Origin: Balanoglossus misakiensis
Lineage: Eukaryota > Animalia > Hemichordata
Reading direction: 5' to 3'
DNA: 32,441 nt
NCBI GenBank assembly: GCA_040954595.2
Contig: CM082583.2
Coordinates: 1-32,441 of the forward strand
Position numbers and translations under genes: made by a program. This document shows positions 31,601 to 32,441 of this stretch, piece after piece; within the stretch, counting starts at the first letter, position 1, and the number at the start of each line of letters is the position of its first letter. Under the pieces are notes generated by a model. It was not told the DNA's origin, ran no database searches, and worked only from the letters and a program-made list of their open reading frames with translations.

Positions 31601-32441
31601 CTTCGAATTTGGTGCCCTGATCATATATGACATGTTGATTGTATGTTAAAACTTTCGACCACTCCAAAAATGCAGAGATATTGACGGAATTCAAGAAAAA
31701 ATAGCCATTTTGGCCATATTTTGACAAAAATGGTACATTTTTAAAAATCATAAAAAATTAACTCTTTTCTTCATTTTCGGAAATATTATGGAGCATGAAG
31801 TGTCGTTCTCTTGTAAAAAGTGCTGCAAATTCCAGAAAAGGCGGTATAATTTGAATCACCCAAGACAAAATTACCATTTTCGACTTTTTTTCGAAATGTT
31901 GTCTTTTTACAAAAGAAATAAGAATAAATTCTTTTCTTAGTTTCAAACGTGTAGAGATACTTTCCACACGGGTTTTCTAACAATGAATTCCCGTTCATCA
32001 ACTCAGATTTCCTACAGCATAAGTCGGCTAAAACCCTGACACTCTAGAGCAGAAACAGTTGCACACTGGTAACGTTGAACAAGTCGATTTTTCTACGGCC
32101 TGGCTCGGCTTAATCTCCGTCACAATATGACAGACACTAGCGTAAGTTAGCAAAGGTGATCAAGTCAGATTTTCTACGGCATAGCTTGGATAAAGCCCCG
32201 GCACTCTAGAGCAGAAACACGCGTACAGAGACCACGTTGATCAAGTCTGATCTCCTACGGCTTGGCTCGACTAAAACCCCGGCAAACTATGACAGACACT
32301 AGCGTTCGTTAGCAACGTTGATCAAGTCAGATTTCCTACGGCATGGCTTGGCTAAAGCCCTGGCACTCTAGAGCAGAAACACGCGTACAGAGACCACGTT
32401 GATCTACTCACATTTCCTTCGGCCTGGCACGGCTGATGCCC
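22622..32441. repeat. Macrosatellite, right segment (M5-M9, runs off the window)
   Basis: 81-bp arrays at about 23459-24829 (17 units), 25998-26720 (9), 27886-28770 (11), 29945-30830 (11) and 31995-end (truncated). G runs at 25021, 26912, 28963 and 31023. Confidence 0.97.

Overview
Eukaryotic, most likely animal, repetitive DNA with no host protein-coding gene. The backbone is a tandem macrosatellite with a monomer of about 2.05 kb (range 1.89-2.54 kb; 8 complete periods plus a partial one). Each monomer has three parts: an array of 9-17 GC-rich 81-bp subunits alternating A/B (162-bp dimer), a ~230-bp unique segment ending in a G11-17 run, and an AT-rich block of degenerate ~165-bp subunits. 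Two young, full-length LTR retrotransposons interrupt it, both on the minus strand and both in the AT-rich block. The first is a Ty3/Gypsy element (2188-10265: 642-bp LTRs, AAAT TSD, tRNA-Ser PBS, PNMA-like Gag, -1 frameshifted Pol). The second is a BEL/Pao element (16135-22621: 410-bp LTRs, GTGC TSD, one intact ~1813-aa ORF). The most unusual signals are in the Gypsy element: a 65-bp LTR duplication that brackets a predicted 255-nt intron starting from the predicted TSS, a PAM2 (PABP-binding) motif in the integrase tail, an RRM-like Gag N-terminus and a dUTPase-like insert. All coordinates and comparisons were made by eye.
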